Shown here in pieces: positions 1 to 12,039 of a stretch of 64,000 nt of DNA (the stretch's first letter is position 1; every line of letters starts with the position of its first letter). Made by a program: the position numbers and the translations under genes. Source of the DNA: Octopus vulgaris (lineage: Eukaryota); assembly GCA_951406725.2 (NCBI GenBank), contig OX597817.1:44392001-44456000 (forward strand), given 5' to 3'. The notes under the pieces were generated by a model that was not told the origin of the DNA, ran no database searches, and saw nothing but the letters and a program-made list of their open reading frames with translations.

Positions 1-298
1 TCGCTAGTCACTTTACATTCCTGCAATTTATCTCCTTCCACTGATGCAAAGACAACAGATAGGAGATAAGACACGAAGTAAAGAAAACCCAGTTGTAGGT
101 ATTTCATTTTACTGGATGGCCTAGGAAGAGAAAAGGAAAAAGCAAGGGAGATAGATAAAGTGAGAGAGAGAGAGGGGGGAGGAGTAAGAAAGAGAGGATG
201 AGGTAGACATAGAGAAAGGGAAGGTGGTTAGGGAAATGGTTTGTGCATTCCATATGCACATACGCAATACATAAACAACAATATGTATGTATATACAT

Positions 299-362
<64 letters not shown>

Positions 363-1107
363 GTGTGTGTATATCTAGAGAGAAAGAGAGAGAGGGAGGG
401 AGGGGGGAGAGGGAAAGAGACACAAACAGAGACAGGGATTCTTTCAAGCAAATATATATACCCGCACAACGCGCACATACACTTAGATGCCATAAGCCGT
501 TATGCATACGCACAATACATGTATGCTCAGAATTAATCTACATATGCACACAGACACAGACAAACGCATACACAAACACACACATACCAATACACTAACA
601 CACAGATAAACATACACACACTCACACACACACGCACACTCAAATTCGGAGTATATTAGGAGGGAAAGCTTAAATGATTATCTTTACGAAAATACATCAA
701 TTATCTTACTTTTACAACTTTGCTACAGTACAGCAAAAATCCTGTCACATACATGGATTACTGTAATAACGAAGGTGCCTGTATCCATCTAACATAAACT
801 AGATATGTCTAATCTTTATCTTGTATCCACAAGTTAAGTTACTTGTTTTCAAATTCAACAAGTTTCATTTTTTTTTAGTTGAATTTATAAAATTCAGAAG
901 CAACAGATAATGAAGTATATGCAAAACGCCCTCCTTCTCAAGATATAGTGTACACATGTACGTGTATTTTCTTTTTATCTTTTTAATTTAGAACAGCGTT
1001 TTCCATCCTATTTTCTCCCGGGCCCGACTGTAGCTTTCCAGAAAAATGTATGCCTTACCGTTGGTTGGAAAAAAAACAACTTTATTTTTAATATTTCATA
1101 ATTATAT

Positions 1108-1408
1108 GTTTGTTCCTTCTCGATTCATGCCTGGTTAATAAGGGCCGGTTTCCCGGTTTCCTTGGCGTATAGGTTCCCCACCTGGGCGGAACGCCGGTCC
1201 GTTGCATATGAGCTATAAGATGCAGGAGGAAAGAGTGAGAGAAAGTTGCGGTGAAAGAGTCAGCAGAAGTTCGCCATTACCTTCTACCGGAGCCGCGTGG
1301 AGCTTAGGTGTTCCGCTAATAAACACACATACCGCCCGGTCTGAGATTCGAACCCGCGATCCCTGGACCACAATCCGTTGCTCTGACCACTAGGACATGT
1401 GCCTCCAC
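1108..1408 (-). mobile_element. tRNA-derived SINE, family A (head GTGGAGGC)
   Basis: Minus strand has A box (TAGTGG) and B box (GGTTCGAATC). TSD TCATAATTATAT at 1096-1107 and 1409-1420. Similar copies at 9132 and 18647. Confidence 0.9.
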
Positions 1409-2005
1409 TCATAATTATATATTTTCCTTACAGAAATATCCACACTAGGGCATTAGAATAGGGCTATATTGTAGCAAACAGTCTTCACATAGTATGCTAG
1501 GATGGAGGGATTGGTTTAACTCTGCTGAGTATAGGTGTAACATGTTTACTGTAAAAAAAGTTTTTCACAATTCCATGTTCAGCTAAAATATTGGGATCCC
1601 ATGCCCCACCATAATTTTCTCAGTTCCCACCGGTGGGACGTCTGCCCTATATTGGGAATCATTGATTTAGAGTTAATTTTGAACGGCTAACTATTTTGTA
1701 GCGAGGTCTTGAAGGAAAGCATCTCGTCTTTGCCATCATTCTTTACATCCTAAGAAGGACCGGCACATTTTTTTCATTAACCCATATATCCTGAACACTT
1801 ATGGTGTATGAATTAAGGAGGCACTTTCTCTCTCGAGGAACACATATCCATCCATACTTCGTATCCTGTTGTTCCAGAAATAATAGGTATAAAACTCAAA
1901 GTGTATCCTAGGTATTGAATACATGTATGTAGGTATGCATATATGTATGTTCCCTTCTATATATAATTATTTAAGTTCTTCTTCTAAGGAAGGAGCTGCT
2001 GGCTT

Positions 2006-2594
2006 CTAACTAAGATAAAAAGGTCCATCGTGAGAAACTAAGTAGCAAAAACGTCTCATTTTAAACTTGAGAAAAGTCTTGCATATTTTTATTGTTCCAC
2101 TTAGAGATTGCATTGGGAATGTGCAAGTTAATCGTTTGATTTCTTTTCCTGAAACTTTAAGCTTATCCAGATTTTCAGTTAGGCATTTACTCACAAAATC
2201 AAGTGCACCAGTTATTATTGGTGTAATTGTAAATCTATAATCTGCATATAGAAGCTGGAGGTTTCGGAACAGTTGTATATATTTTTCACAGAGATATTCA
2301 CGTCATCAAGACAGCTGACCTTTATGAGAGTACATACTTTTTCTTGCCTGTCCGAAACATAAGATATCTGGCCTATCATGCTTACTCTTGACAGATGCTT
2401 TGATGGGAAATTTCCATCAGTATTGCTTGTGTTGATGCTTGCGTATTTATTCAATAACAGAGGGGATTCTCTATATTTATTCCAAACAGTCTTTTTTTTC
2501 CGAATGGCAATGTATATTGTTTCTATTAATATATCATGTCGCCATAGACTAGTAGAAACGTGATGACATTTTTCGGCAGGTGAGTTTTTGTCGC
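2006..2594 (-). pseudogene. possible decayed Ig-like domain coding remnant
   Basis: Open frame from a CAG acceptor-like site (2594) to about 2300. A 1-bp frameshift gives KVSCLDD-x-EYLCE (DxGxYxC-like), and the new frame stays open to 2006, including LTCTFPMQSLSGTIKICK. Motif resemblance only. Confidence 0.3.
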
Positions 2595-2624
2595 CTGCGT
2601 AATTGTGCGTATTATGTGTGTGTG

Positions 2625-2709
<85 letters not shown>

Positions 2710-2867
2710 TTATTTATCTACACACACACATATATATATATATATATAAATCCTTAAAAACGTTTTAACCCGAAGGCCGCGGCCATGCCGGGGCACGAGC
2801 GCTGAATATATATATATGTGTGTATGTATTTATGTATAAGTCTTTTATCTTTTATATGTACACACAC

Positions 2868-2916
<49 letters not shown>

Positions 2917-3376
2917 TATATATATATATATATGCGTATATATATATATATATGCGTATATATGCGTACGAGACGTCGCCAATGGTGCAAATAACATGAA
3001 ATACGTAAACAAACGAATTAAATACATAAATAACGAGAAGAAAATGGAAAACAGGACAAGTAAACTCAAAGCAAATATATTTATATATATATAGAGAGAG
3101 AGATGCGGTAGAAATGCTTCTTGTGCATGGTATGTAAATTCCGGTAGGAGTTCATATTTTCTCATTACAAATGGAAAGTATGGAGACGTAGATTCTATGT
3201 GCTGTTTATTCAAAGGGGTCTTGTGGTTTGAATGAAATTTTGAGAATGCCGTAGTAGTATTGAGTTAATAGAGAGGAGAGAAATTGGAACGAAAACAATT
3301 GCATCGTGGAAGGTGTTTATAAGCCATTTAAGAAACTCACAAAAACCGTTAGATTCACTTCAACAGTTAAATTTAA

Positions 3377-3427
3377 TTTGTCAAAATATTTTCGTCGCTT
3401 TGAGACCACGACCTGTTCCCTGACAAA
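3377..3427 (-). ncRNA. minimal hammerhead-ribozyme-like fold, G3-C8 variant
   Basis: Minus strand: TTTGTCA-GGGAACA-G-GTCG...CGAC-GAAA-ATAT-TT-TGACAAA. Stem I is 7 bp and stem III is palindromic. U4 is G in this copy. Confidence 0.5.
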
Positions 3428-3461
3428 ATTCCGTGCTGCATCTCTGTTTAAATATATATAT

Positions 3462-3520
3462 ATAACTGAAGAGATGGTGGCGTGGATTTCCACCTCGGCA
3501 TCCGAAACTCAGAGTTTTAT
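3462..3520 (+). ncRNA. minimal type I hammerhead-ribozyme-like fold
   Basis: ATAA-CTGAAGA-GATG...CATC-C-GAAA-CTCAGAG-TT-TTAT, at the start of a segment of about 165 bp (3462-3625) bounded by (TA)n tracts. Confidence 0.55.
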
Positions 3521-4299
3521 CTTGGCAACTGAATAATTATCACATATTACATTTACAGATAAATTCCTCTATTTTCATAATATCGAGGTCACCTTCTTTC
3601 TTTTGTTATCTTACTGTTTTTACTAATATATATATATATAATCTTTTATTTGTATAAGTCACTTGACTGTGGCCGTTTGAATTTACCAGAGATGAGAATC
3701 CTCAATACGTAAAATAGAGTTCATTCATTTCAAGCTGTCAGAAAGAGGTATTTTGTTTTTTAGGCTTTGCACACCTCAGTGAACAGCAGAAATGCCCAAG
3801 GAATAGCTACACGTATACAAGCACGCAAACTCACATATTTATGGATCTATAGGTACATACACACACGTATATATATGTGTGTGTATGTGTGTGTGTATGT
3901 TTGTATGTGAGGAGGCAGCAATATGGAGATGGATCAAAGATAGTTATTTTTTCAAAGATGAAAGTCTAAACAATTGTCTATAATATATTTAAAACCATAA
4001 TACAGTTAATGTTGTAATTTTGGGAGAATAATTGTACAGGCTGAGACCATCATCGAGGAATGGAAAACAAGAGATCGACAGATAAGAGACGTTAAACCTG
4101 AAGCTGTGTTACAGCCGAAGAAACGAAAGGAATATAAATGAGTTATAATGCTGTGATCCTTATTGATATTTTGCAAGTTACACCTTATGGAAATATGCAG
4201 AGGTAGAATACGGCACGAATCAAATCTAGTTTAATGCTAGAAATGGAAGAAACGTGAGTATATTTAAAACTAAAAATAAATAATGTCTCCAAATATTTG

Positions 4300-4582
4300 C
4301 ACAGGACCAGCAGTTCTTGAGTGGGTTGGAATCGATTACATCGACAACAGTACTCGACTGATACTTATTTGATTGGCTTCAAAAGGATGAAGGGTAAAGT
4401 TGACGTCGATATGATTTGAGTACAGAATGCAAAGATGGACGTAACGCCGCTAAGCATTAGGTCCAGCGTGGTAATGATTCTACAAGATTGCTGTCTTAAA
4501 GTCCAAAAATAAATAATAATCACTAACTGGAGAAGGTATTTGTTATAGTTTCTGATTTTGACATAAAGCCTGAACTATTCAA

Positions 4583-4644
<62 letters not shown>

Positions 4645-5113
4645 TAATAATAATAATAACGTGTTAATCGATGCCATTCTCTTTCGTGGGTGACTGCTAA
4701 TTCAATTTAACCAACACGAAAGTATGGAAGGCAAAGCGACAACGGCAAGATTTGAAATCAGAACAGAAAGACCCAGAAGAAATGAAGCAAGGTATTTTGT
4801 TCTCACATCATGAAGTCGGAAAAATACCGCTAAATATTTCCACCGATGTCCTAACGATTCTGCAAGTTCGCCGCCTTAATGACAAATACATATAAAATAT
4901 TGGTTTCAAATATTGGCAGACGACCAGGAAGTTCGGGGTTAAAGGAAGTCGATTACATAGACTCCAGTGCTCAGCTGGTACTTATTTTATCGACCTCGAA
5001 AGGCTGGAAGGCAAAGTCAACCTTGGTGAAATTTGAACTCAAAACATGAAGATGGAAAAATACCGGTAAGAATTTTCCCCGGAGTGCTAACGGTTCTGCC
5101 TGGTCGCCGCCTT
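4300..5113 (-). mobile_element. cluster of decayed family C SINEs around an (AAT)n tract
   Basis: Copies or fragments at about 4300-4498, 4660-4880 and 4905-5113 match the reverse complement of the family C core. (AAT)n at 4583-4660. Confidence 0.75.
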
Positions 5114-5199
5114 ATACATACAATATATTGTCATCGGATGGAAGCAGACGTGGTCGTACAAGAGATTTAATAGTCAAGAAAATAATCTAGTTAAATACC

Positions 5200-5500
5200 T
5201 TTTATTTATAATTATAGGGAAGTAGACATTAGTGTTAATTAGACGAAAAAGTTGATTGGTGGTGGGCTTAAATTACAGCGCAGTAGATTTAAGAAAGCAA
5301 TCACTACCGTCTGAATAAATAGCTGTCTGAGTGAAGTTTTAGTCATATTGCCATTGTAAGTTACGTGTCTGAATGTAACATCTGTCAAGAAACAAGAGTA
5401 TGAATAAGGTAGGCTTCACAGTGAAGTATTATCTGCAGAGGAGTGTATATTAGAGGGAAATAGAATCTACACCGTGGCACAAGAATACTTCATGAACCAG
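5200..5500 (-). mobile_element. highly decayed CR1/Jockey-group LINE RT fragment
   Basis: Minus strand reads NIHSSADNTSL (compare HSYADDTTL), followed by FKPTTNQL (compare FNATKTQ). Confidence 0.35.
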
Positions 5501-6199
5501 AAAATATAGCTTTAGTATATAACAAGCAAGAAACAAACGAATCAATCAATATATCCTAGAATAATGACAGCAATAATGGGTGAAGAAGATGTAGAAATAT
5601 TTACTGAGGGACGTTACTAACTGAGATGAAAAGATACACAGAAATGGGAAAGAGCAAAATGGAAATAAGAAATATATGATGAATCAATTCAAACAGAAAG
5701 TAAACAGCCGAATAATAACAATAACGACATCTCTGAAAAAGAAAATAAATCGAAATAATAACAACAACAACAACAACAACAACAACTACTTCAGCAGTTA
5801 CCGTAATAGAAAGCAGCAGACAAGTAATAGTAAAAGACAATTGAGATATATTTGCCAGACTTGAGAACAAAGAAGAGACAATGGAGGTTAGTCTACATTA
5901 GGAAATACAAATAGCCTGATGAAAGACAGACAAATTGTACGTTGCAAATATCTCTGACTAAAGCATACATAAAAATGAGAGAACCAACAACAACAACAAC
6001 AACAACGACAGCAACAACAACTCGTTTTTGGTTCTTTAATCCTTTAAAAACTTCAACTGTGTGGAGTAGTATTGCTATTGTAGATCACATATAGCTTCCA
6101 GATGTTAACGAAGAATATATATATATGTTGAATGGGTGGATATTGTCTAAACTGCTACCAATATAATGAATAAGAAATCCAGGTAAAATGCTCAGAAGA

Positions 6200-6210
6200 A
6201 TACCCATACA

Positions 6211-6244
<34 letters not shown>

Positions 6245-6250
6245 CATACA

Positions 6251-6286
<36 letters not shown>

Positions 6287-6418
6287 CATACATACATACT
6301 TACATACATACATACATACATCTGTGTATGTATGTAATTATGTTTGTCTATATGTAAGTATATATATGTGTTTGTGTATAACATATTATACGTGTTGTAT
6401 AATATATAAATATATACA

Positions 6419-6462
<44 letters not shown>

Positions 6463-6533
6463 TACATAACATAATATATACATATAATATAATTATTTAT
6501 ATAATATATATGTAATAAATAATATATATATAT

Positions 6534-6587
<54 letters not shown>

Positions 6588-6726
6588 CATGTATATATTA
6601 TATAGGGCTGAAACACATAAAAGAGTATATATATATGTATATTTATATATATACATACCTGCATACTTGCATATATACATACAAACATTATACTCATTCA
6701 TATATACACAGATATATATATATATA

Positions 6727-6820
<94 letters not shown>

Positions 6821-6837
6821 CAAAAATATATACATAA

Positions 6838-6924
<87 letters not shown>

Positions 6925-6925
6925 G
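6200..6925. repeat. compound microsatellite (TACA)n/(TA)n/(TAGA)n/(CA)n
   Basis: Seen directly. Similar compound tracts at 290-420, 2620-2960, 10760-11020, 14020-14620, 19840-20280, 24040-24520, 36195-37070 and 44820-45100. Confidence 0.95.
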
Positions 6926-6965
6926 GAGTTTTCATATAAAATGATAAACTGCATTTGTTTCTGGC

Positions 6966-7323
6966 TTGATTTTATCACTATTCCAGCTCTCTTTATTTTA
7001 CGTTAATATCTTTTTTGCTTCGCCACATAGAACATAATACCCAGGTTGTATTAATATATCTGTACTATTTGTGTCGTACATCTTTCCTTATGTTCTCATT
7101 GCAAAATCTATTCAACCTACTCTGGCATATGATAAAACGCCACATAGCAATACGTGAAATAAAACAGTCAACCTTCTGAAAAGTGCTTTAAAAGAAGACA
7201 CTTTTTACAGGAGTGATGTACGACACAAATACGATATAATACAACCTTACTGTTATGTTTCTTGTGGCGAAGTATAGTGATTTTATGGAGAAATAACGGG
7301 AGCTGGACGAATGATGAAATCAA
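6966..7323. mobile_element. old foldback/MITE-like inverted repeat
   Basis: Nested complementary blocks TATTTGTGTCGTACATC/GATGTACGACACAAATA, AGGTTGTATTA/TAATACAACCT and CTTCGCCACA/TGTGGCGAAG. Arms about 120 bp. Confidence 0.7.
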
Positions 7324-7609
7324 ATCTGATAACGAAGAATATAAACTTTACTGGAACCGAATGAAAATAGTAAAGTGGAAATGAAAACTAAACAGTTTTA
7401 GAATTTATGGCAATGTATCAGTAACATGAATCTTAGTTTCTTCTAGAGAAGGCAAGAGACATCAGCTTCTGATGATAAACTGAAAGCAATCTACAAGTGA
7501 TAGGTTATTGTTGTGTGGACGCCCCCAGACGATGAAGTAGGCTAGCCCAATACGTAGATATAGTGGGAGAAGTCTAGACATCGAGAATAGAGTAAACTAG
7601 AACAGAGTA

Positions 7610-8070
7610 GGGATCTTTTCCGTTTGATCGGCAGTTTTTTAAAATAATTTCCACGTAACTAAACACTTTTAAACTTCGTATATTGGTAGAATGTGTTTAT
7701 AAAACATCTTTTTCTCTTGGCTTTATTGAGAAAATTCTATTGTTTGTAAGATATTTGTTAGTTTTTTTTCTTCAATTTCTGCAATTTCAACCAATCAATG
7801 ACGTCTATTGAGGTGAAAACATTCTGTGCCGTATGAATATGTCCCTCGTTTAAGAAACAGATTGGGTTTATTTACATTTCTGAAGAAAAAAGATACCCTT
7901 CCCCTATCCTAACCCTAACCCTAACCCTAACTAACCCTAACTGACCCTAACTCTAACCCTAACCCTAAAACAGATTGAAATGCAATAGATCAATACTAGG
8001 GTCATAATTATGGATAACAATTTCATATGACACCGCTAGAAAAAACTGCCGTTAAAACCGAAAAGATCCC
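7610..8070. mobile_element. non-autonomous DNA transposon (MITE), 31-bp TIRs, 6-bp TSD, internal telomere-like repeats
   Basis: TIRs GGGATCTTTTCCGTTTGATCGGCAGTTTTTT and AAAAAACTGCCGTTAAAACCGAAAAGATCCC. AGAGTA at 7604-7609 and 8071-8076. (CCCTAA)n at about 7902-7968. Confidence 0.9.
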
Positions 8071-8284
8071 AGAGTAAAGTTATGCGACATAACAGTTATA
8101 TATACATATTATTTGAAATTTCTTGGAAATTAGGAAGTATCATTCCAAGAAATATAAGGTCTCTTGGGAGTACGGAGGGGAAGATACTTCTGAGTTTTCT
8201 AGTCAGTTATGAAGAATTTAAGAATCGGAAATGGACCCCTAGTATTCTATTTTTACGGAGCTGTTAGTTCTCCGTTCCAGTACT

Positions 8285-8623
8285 GGGGACCCCCTTCGGT
8301 CACGACACTGACCATGGGATTGCACCTAGAAAGTTACCCTCCTAGTCACAAGTCTGGATAAGGTGGTTTATGGAAGACCAGCCATCGCCCATGCATACCG
8401 GCCTCCTCTCTCCACGCCACCGATGTTATCCAAGGGAAAGGCAGAGGCCGATACAGCTTGCCACCCGTGACGTCGCAACTCATTTCTACAGCTGAGTTAA
8501 CTGGAGCAACATGAAATAAAGTGTCTTGCTCAAGAACACAACACGCAGCCCGGTCCGGGATTCGAGATCACAACCTCACGATCGTAAGCTCGACGCTCTA
8601 ACCACTGAGCCATGCGCCTTCAC
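8285..8623 (-). mobile_element. tRNA-derived SINE, family B (head GTGAAGGCGC, CORE-like middle)
   Basis: A and B boxes on the minus strand, CORE-like CTTGAGCAAGACACTT segment, TSD CCGTTCCAGTACT at 8272-8284 and 8624-8636. Confidence 0.9.
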
Positions 8624-8636
8624 CCGTTCCAGTACT

Positions 8637-8865
8637 ACGGAGCGGCTATCCGAATGATACAGGAAAGAATCGCAAAACGGATTCTTCAAGCTATAGCCAA
8701 CTGGCAAGAAAGCTAGGGATAGGTGAGATGGCTGGATAATATAAAAAAGTTTCTCAGTTCTACACGTTTGAGAATCCGGTTGGAGTGTGTAATGACAATG
8801 CTTCTTATAGAACCTTATGGAGGAGGTTCCTGAGGACTCTGCCTCCACGATCCTCTCCGGAATAG
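8637..8865 (+). mobile_element. RTE/Expander-type LINE 3' fragment, interrupted upstream by the family B SINE
   Basis: Frameshifted translation IRMIQERIAKRILQA...RWLDNI...RLRI...LWRRFLRTLPPRSSPE resembles the RTE C-terminus. Confidence 0.6.
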
Positions 8866-9131
8866 TAGGCAGAGAAAATAGCTAGAAGACTGGACAACTT
8901 ATAATGCTATGATACTGATATTTTCTGGTTTGTAACTGACACATGAATGGAGTTATGATATACTATCGCCGCTATTGATAAACAAATTTATCCAATTATA
9001 GCAAACTTGGTAGCACTGCCATCAAAAAATTGACTGAAGAATATGTTGAGGTATTTACAATATTATCTCCCATTATACAATGTATACGTAAATTGGAATT
9101 AGCGCTATATATAAAAACAATACTATCTCAT

Positions 9132-9392
9132 TTCGTTTGTTCCTTCTCAAGCCATGCCTGGCTCATAAGGGCCGGTTTCCCGGTTTCCTTGGCGTATAGG
9201 CGCCCCACCTGGACAGATTGGAGGAAAGAGTGAGAGAAAGTTGTGACGAAAGAGTCAGCAGAAGTTCGCCAGAAGCCGCGTGGAGCTTAGGTGTTTCGTT
9301 CATAAACACACACATCACTCGGTCTGAGATTTGAACCCGCGATCCCTCGACCACGAGTCCGCTGCTCTAGCCACTAGGCCATTTGCCTCTAC
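9132..9392 (-). mobile_element. family A SINE with internal deletions
   Basis: Aligns to 1108-1408. TSD (AC)AATACTATCTCAT at 9117-9131 and 9391-9405. Confidence 0.9.
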
Positions 9393-9474
9393 AATACTAT
9401 CTCATACTATACGACAAATATACGAAAGTATATGGGGTTAATGATGGATGGTATGAATGAACAGGTAAATTCTA

Positions 9475-9883
9475 CTATAGGCACAAGACCTGAAAATTTT
9501 GGGGAGGGGCACTAGTCGATTCTATCGATCCCAGCGTGTAACTGGTCGAAAGGATGAAAGATAAAGACGACCTCGGTGGGATTTTAACTCAGAATTTTGC
9601 GACGGGCGAAAGACCGCTAAGCATTTCGTCCAGTGTGATAATAACTCTGCCAGCTTGTCGCCTTACAATAATGATGTTAAATTTTTGGCCACAAGGGCAG
9701 CTTGGGCGGATTAAATCGATTACATCGATCCCAGTACGTAACTGGTACTTATTTAATCGACCCCCGAAAGTATGATAAGCAAAGTCGACCTCAGTGGAAT
9801 TTGAACTCACAACGTAGCGACGGGCGAAATACCGCTAAGCATTGCACCTGGTACGCTATCGATTCTGCCAGCTCACCGCCTTC
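9475..9883 (-). mobile_element. two adjacent family C SINE copies
   Basis: Two reverse-complement copies of the family C head and core (about 9475-9665 and 9680-9883). Confidence 0.8.
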
Positions 9884-10761
9884 CAATCACTTATAATTAT
9901 AGAACAAAACTAAGAGAACGTGTTAACTGCAAGAGCGGGGAGATTCCCACATACCAAATGCAGCTGGAGTAACCGAACGTAAAGTATTAAAACAATAAAA
10001 GACAAATATATATATATATTCGATTTTATCCTTTGGCCACATCTAAATATAATAGTAGCCGTATATTAAATGAGGTATAGACAAGTGTATATACATATTT
10101 GTAATTATTGCTATTCTCTTGCAAAAACTATTCGAATTCTATTTTCTGCAATCAATATCTGTTGCATTTGTTTGAATAGATCTAAGGTTTTTAAAATCTC
10201 TGATCTTCCAGGAATTTAAAAAAAAAATTTAAAGAAAAAAAAAGAAAAAAGAAAAGAAAGAAGGAAAACCAAATGTAAAACAAACCGTTGTTACTCAAAC
10301 ATATTTCCAATGAAAGTTTTCTAACGAAACTTTCTTGGAAAATATAAAAATAAAATAAAATATTTTTTTTTCCAAATACGCGAAAAAGATATTATCGTTT
10401 ATTTTTTGAGTGATAATCATTATTTAAAATGTATGAGCATGAGATATATCCTTTGAAAATTATTTTACTAATATTTATTTTTGAACTGCCTTGCTCGCTT
10501 TCTAAATGTTCAGTTACGGTTAGAATCGCAAAAGTCACATGATATCTACTTCACTAACATGAAAAACGAAAAATGTAAAAAAATTTTAATTTTGTTATTT
10601 GTAGTGCTTCTGACTAGGTGGAAAATGTAAATTTATTTCAGTGCTGAGAAGGAAGGAATAAAGCACTGCTACAGTAAAGGTGTATGAATATCTTAAACTT
10701 TGTATTCTTTGTAATAATCTGACACCTGCAAACGTTAGGGGAATGTCTGTTAGAGAAACGT

Positions 10762-10864
<103 letters not shown>

Positions 10865-10942
10865 GCTAGATAGCTAGCTAGCTAGCCAGCTGTCGGTCTG
10901 TCTATCTATCTATATTTTTGCTCATATATATATGTGTATGTT

Positions 10943-11019
<77 letters not shown>

Positions 11020-12039
11020 TCACGTATATCCATACACATATATGTGTACGTGTGCATCTGTTAAGATGTGTCTAATTGCTTCGTCTATGCGCGTCTATGC
11101 AAGGCACCAGAAAACTGAATTAGGGCCTAATCTGAACGAGACTGTAAATCAGTAATTACATTTAGCTTCCTTTTTTCCCCCGACTAACACAAAGAAGATT
11201 ATCATTGTACTCATATCAGAGACACTTAATTTATTGACTGCAGAGGCATAGATGACTTAGTAGAACCAGTTTTTATCTCCCTTTACGATGTCACGAAATG
11301 ATGTGAGACATGGTAAAATATTTCATACTTTGTTGTGCTATTTCTGCTAATAGTCAATTGCCATTCCGGAGAAAATTTAGTGCCATAAAATATAATTGAA
11401 AAACCCCTTTATTTTATCACACAGTTTTGAAGACAGCTGTCTCCTTTGTTAATATAAGATTTTATCATGTTTTCTCCATTTATCAATGCAAAATATTGTA
11501 CTTCTAATGGCTACCAAGAGAAGAATAGTTACAGTTAAACTAACATTTGATAGATTCCGGCTGAAATACTTGCTGATTAACTGAATTAAATGTCCATAAA
11601 TCTCATCATTCTGATCTCATCAGAAAAGAGTCAAAAATCCTCATTAATTACGCTATAGCTAATTGCTAGCATTTGTGAATCTAGTCGTGGTTTAAAAGAT
11701 TGGTCTTCCACCGTTTTACCATTTATGATGAGACAAAAACCACCTGTATATATTTTATACGAGTTCTTACTGTTGTTGCTTAGCCAGGGTATGGATTGAT
11801 CGAGCAGACATATGATCAAAAGTGTTCCACTCGTGACCATCCTGTTTATTTTTGTGCATCTGAGGGCTATATTGTCCAATATCTCATTCTTTGCTTAAGG
11901 CTATATAATGTGATTCGTGGGATGTTTAGTTGACGTTTCTAGTAAATCAAACAAAGGTGTAGTAGCTCCCTAATTCGCTTGAAGCTCTCTTGTTTATCTC
12001 GAATGCTTCTTTCCTGCCTTCACCCCAACCCCAACCCGA

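Noticed and set aside
1330-1408. tRNA genes at the heads of families A to D
   Set aside because: A and B boxes are present, but they are fused to repeat bodies with TSDs and I could not fold a full cloverleaf. They are SINE heads.
7902-7968. True telomere or chromosome fusion scar
   Set aside because: Short, degenerate, single orientation, and enclosed by TIRs and a TSD.
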